Source: Laetmonice hystrix (lineage: Eukaryota). Taken from it: a stretch of DNA of 64,000 nt. Within the stretch, counting starts at the first letter, position 1. Every line of letters starts with the position of its first letter. The stretch is taken from NCBI GenBank assembly GCA_965235115.1, contig OZ249436.1:3598001-3662000 (forward strand), written 5' to 3'. The translations under genes were made by a program, and so were the position numbers. Under the pieces are notes generated by a model, which saw nothing but the letters and a program-made list of their open reading frames with translations, was not told the origin of the DNA and searched no databases. This document shows positions 61,401 through 64,000 of the stretch, one piece after another.

Positions 61401-64000
61401 ACAAAAACATGATCTTTATTGAAACCTTCTCCAAGTTTGATATCCCTGTCAGTGTAGTCAGTCACCGTGACGTCCTAAAACATTTTCTTGTAGTATTGCG
61501 TCAGTAAATATGATGTCCTATCAACTTAACATAATGGTCCATTTTTTTAAGGATCTGTGTGAGCGAATTGAACGTGGTGTCCTACACGACCACCAGAGGG
61601 CACTACAGAAGCTTGGCCAGTACAAGAAGAAACACATGTCGGCAACTGTCCAGGGGAGCGAACAGAATGCTGTAGAGCAGCTGGAGCAGCGCATTCTGAT
61701 GGTAGGATAGCTTCCCATTATGTGGTGAATGATTGTCCAGGGGAGCAAACAGAATGCTGTAGAGTAGCTGGAGCAGCGCATTCTGATGGTAGGATAGCTT
61801 CCCATTATGTGGTGAATGATTCACGACAGGAGTGAACAGAATGCTGTAGAGCAGCTGGAGCAGCGCATTCTGATGGTAGGATAGCTTCCCATTATGTGGT
61901 GAATGATTCACGAGGGGAGTGAACAGAATGCTGTAGAGCAGCTGGAGCAGCGCATTCTGATGGTAGGATAGCTTCCCATTATGTGGTGAATGATTCACGA
62001 GGGGAGTGAACAGAATGCTGTAGAGCAGCTGGAGCAGCGCATTCTGATGGTAGGATAGCTTCCCATTATGTGGTGAATGATTCACGAGGGGAGTGAACAG
62101 AATGCTGTAGAGCAGCTGGAGCAGCGCATTCTGATGGTAGGATAGCTTCCCATTATGTGGTGAATGATTCACGAGGGGAGTGAACAGAATGCTGTAGAGC
62201 AGCTGGAGCAGTGCATTCTGATGGTAGGATAGCTTCCCATTATGTGGTGAATGATTCACGAGGGGAGTGAACAGAATGCTGTAGAGCAGCTGGAGCAGCG
62301 CATTCTGATGGTAGGATAGCTTCCCATTATGTGGTGAATGATTCACGAGGGGAGTGAACAGAATGCTGTAGAGCAGCTGGAGCAGCGCATTCTGATGGTA
62401 AGATAGCTTCCCATTATGTGGTGAATGATTCACGAGGGGAGTGAACAGAATGCTGTAGAGCAGCTGGAGCAGCGCATTCTGATGGTAGGATAGCTTCCCA
62501 TTATGTGGTGAATGATTCACGAGGGGAGTGAACAGAATGCTGTAGAGCAGCTGGAGCAGCGCATTCTGATGGTAGGATAGCTTCCCATTATGTGGTGAAT
62601 GATTCACGAGGGGAGTGAACAGAATGCTGTAGAGCAGCTGGAGCAGCGCATTCTGATGGTAGGATAGCTTCCCATTATGTGGTGAATGATTCACGAGGGG
62701 AGTGAACAGAATGCTGTAGAGCAGCTGGAGCAGCGCATTCTGATGGTAGGATAGCTTCCCATTATGTGGTGAATGATTCACGAGGGGAGTGAACAGAATG
62801 CTGTAGAGCAGCTGGAGCAGCGCATTTTGATGGTATGATAGCTTCCCATTATGTGGTGAATGATTCACGAGGGGAGTGAACAGAATGCTGTAGAGCAGCT
62901 GGAGCAGCGCATTCTGATGGTAGGATAGCTTCCCATTATGTGGTGAATGATTCACGAGGGGTTTACTTTTGTAAAAAAAAATGTACAAATCCTGTATGCC
63001 AGAAGAAAAATGAAGGTCAAGCTTTTCTTCATCTATTATTTATGGCTTACGGCCTTACAGTGATAAAGTATAAAATGATACTAGTTCCCTGCTACTACCG
63101 GTAGTTTCATTAGTTGCTGGTAAGAATTTTAGGTATACATGAACCTCTACCTATGCTGGACCAAAGATTGGGTTTGCAGGTAAGGCCTTATGCAATCAAA
63201 AATTACTAGAGGACAGTCCAGGTTTCCAAATGCCCATATCATGAAAAGCATATTTCTATTAGTTAAAAACGTTGCCTGCTTCTCAAAGAGGCAGGCAACT
63301 ATTCTGCCTCTTTTCTTCGATTACTGCCTGCCCTTGCTGGGTATTGTATGGTGCTGGCATTTGTATTATTATTCAGGTCTACAGTGTGAGTGGTCGGAAC
63401 AGCCAAGGTTCATGTATTATTATTCAGGTCTACAGCGTGAGTGGTCGGAACAGCCAAGCCAAGGTTCATGTATTATTATTCAGGTCTACAGTGTGAGTGG
63501 TCGGAACGGCCAAGGTTCATGTATTATTATTATTCAGGTCTACAGTGTGAGTGGTCGGAACAGCCAAAGTTTATGTATTATTATTATTCAGGTCTACAGT
63601 GTGAGTGGTCAGAACAGCCAAGGTTCATGTATTATTATTCAGGTCTACAGCGTGAGTGGTCGGAACAGCCAAGGTTCATGTATTATTATTCAGGTCTACA
63701 GTGTGAGTGGTCGGAACGGCCAAGGTTCATGTATTATTATTCAGGTCTACAGTGTGAGTGGTCGGAACAGCCAAGGTTCATGTATTATTATTCAGGTCTA
63801 CAGCGTGAGTGGTTGGAATGGCCAAAGCTCATGCGTTTTTTCTTCTTTCTTGCAGCAAGAGAGTGAGATCTCGAACATAGAGACCCGGAACTACTTTTCC
63901 CTGCATTGTGTTCAGATGGAGACACAGCTAATCCATGCGAACCTGGAGAGTCTCTACAATGCTCTCAGCTCTATGGCTAATGATGAGGCCAAGTCACACT
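55422..64000 (+). CDS. SNX8: Sorting nexin-8 (Mvp1 family PX-BAR), 3'-truncated by the window
   Basis: Exons 55422-55443, 55562-55686, 59092-59224, 59387-59580, 60007-60124, 60295-60416, 60624-60704, 60844-61004, 61176-61377, 61552-61701, 63856 to beyond 64000. PX motifs [72 protein letters not shown] motifs [18 protein letters not shown] and [19 protein letters not shown]. Confidence 0.94.
56347..56652. mobile_element. Non-autonomous TIR element with 6-bp TSD (hAT-like CAGGG ends)
   Basis: ctacaa|cagggctgtcaaag ... ttttgagagccctg|ctacaa. Confidence 0.75.
57603..58323. repeat. 39-bp tandem repeat, about 18 copies
   Basis: Unit taaaataccctggtacagcactgaacagctcaacaa. Confidence 0.97.
59605..59879. 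mobile_element. Non-autonomous TIR element (CAGGGC ends)
   Basis: cagggcgttcaaatt versus reverse-complemented cagggctttcaaatt; TSD degenerate. Confidence 0.65.
61645..62961. repeat. 87-bp tandem repeat, 15 copies, made from the SNX8 exon 10 end plus donor
   Basis: gaacagaatgctgtagagcagctggagcagcgcattctgatg|gtaggatag... with GT donors from 61702 to 62920 at 87-bp spacing. Confidence 0.97.
63362..63830. repeat. 51-54-bp tandem repeat, about 9 copies
   Basis: Unit tgtattattattcaggtctacagtgtgagtggtcggaacagccaaggttca. Confidence 0.95.

Noticed and set aside
61603..62988. 461-aa minus-strand ORF
   Set aside because: Antisense reading of the 87-bp exon-end repeat.

Overview
Eukaryotic (invertebrate animal, plausibly lophotrochozoan) genomic DNA, not a prokaryotic locus. 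Five spliced genes were reconstructed by hand with consistent exon phases: ASPSCR1/TUG (+, 2523-12756, 18 coding exons); LSM11 (-, 21220-16722, 4 exons, about 849 aa, with a GC-AG intron and a roughly 600-aa low-complexity spacer between Sm1 and Sm2); a CCDC166-like coiled-coil gene (+, 21529-25138, head-to-head with LSM11, with a U12-type intron); IQCE (-, about 52233-29201, about 25 exons, seven IQ-like motifs on duplicated exons); and SNX8 (+, from 55422, truncated by the window end, with an N-terminal EH-like domain). About 20 kb (roughly 30%) of the window is about 26 mutually unrelated minisatellite arrays, and there are at least a dozen small non-autonomous TIR elements. The most striking pattern is that several arrays are amplified copies of functional gene ends: the LSM11 Sm2 motif plus stop (about 17 copies), an SNX8 exon end plus donor (15), an IQCE exon end plus donor (6) and an IQCE acceptor (about 48). 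Most long ORFs in the supplied track are artefacts of these repeats. Gene identities rest on recalled similarity to human proteins; no database search was run.
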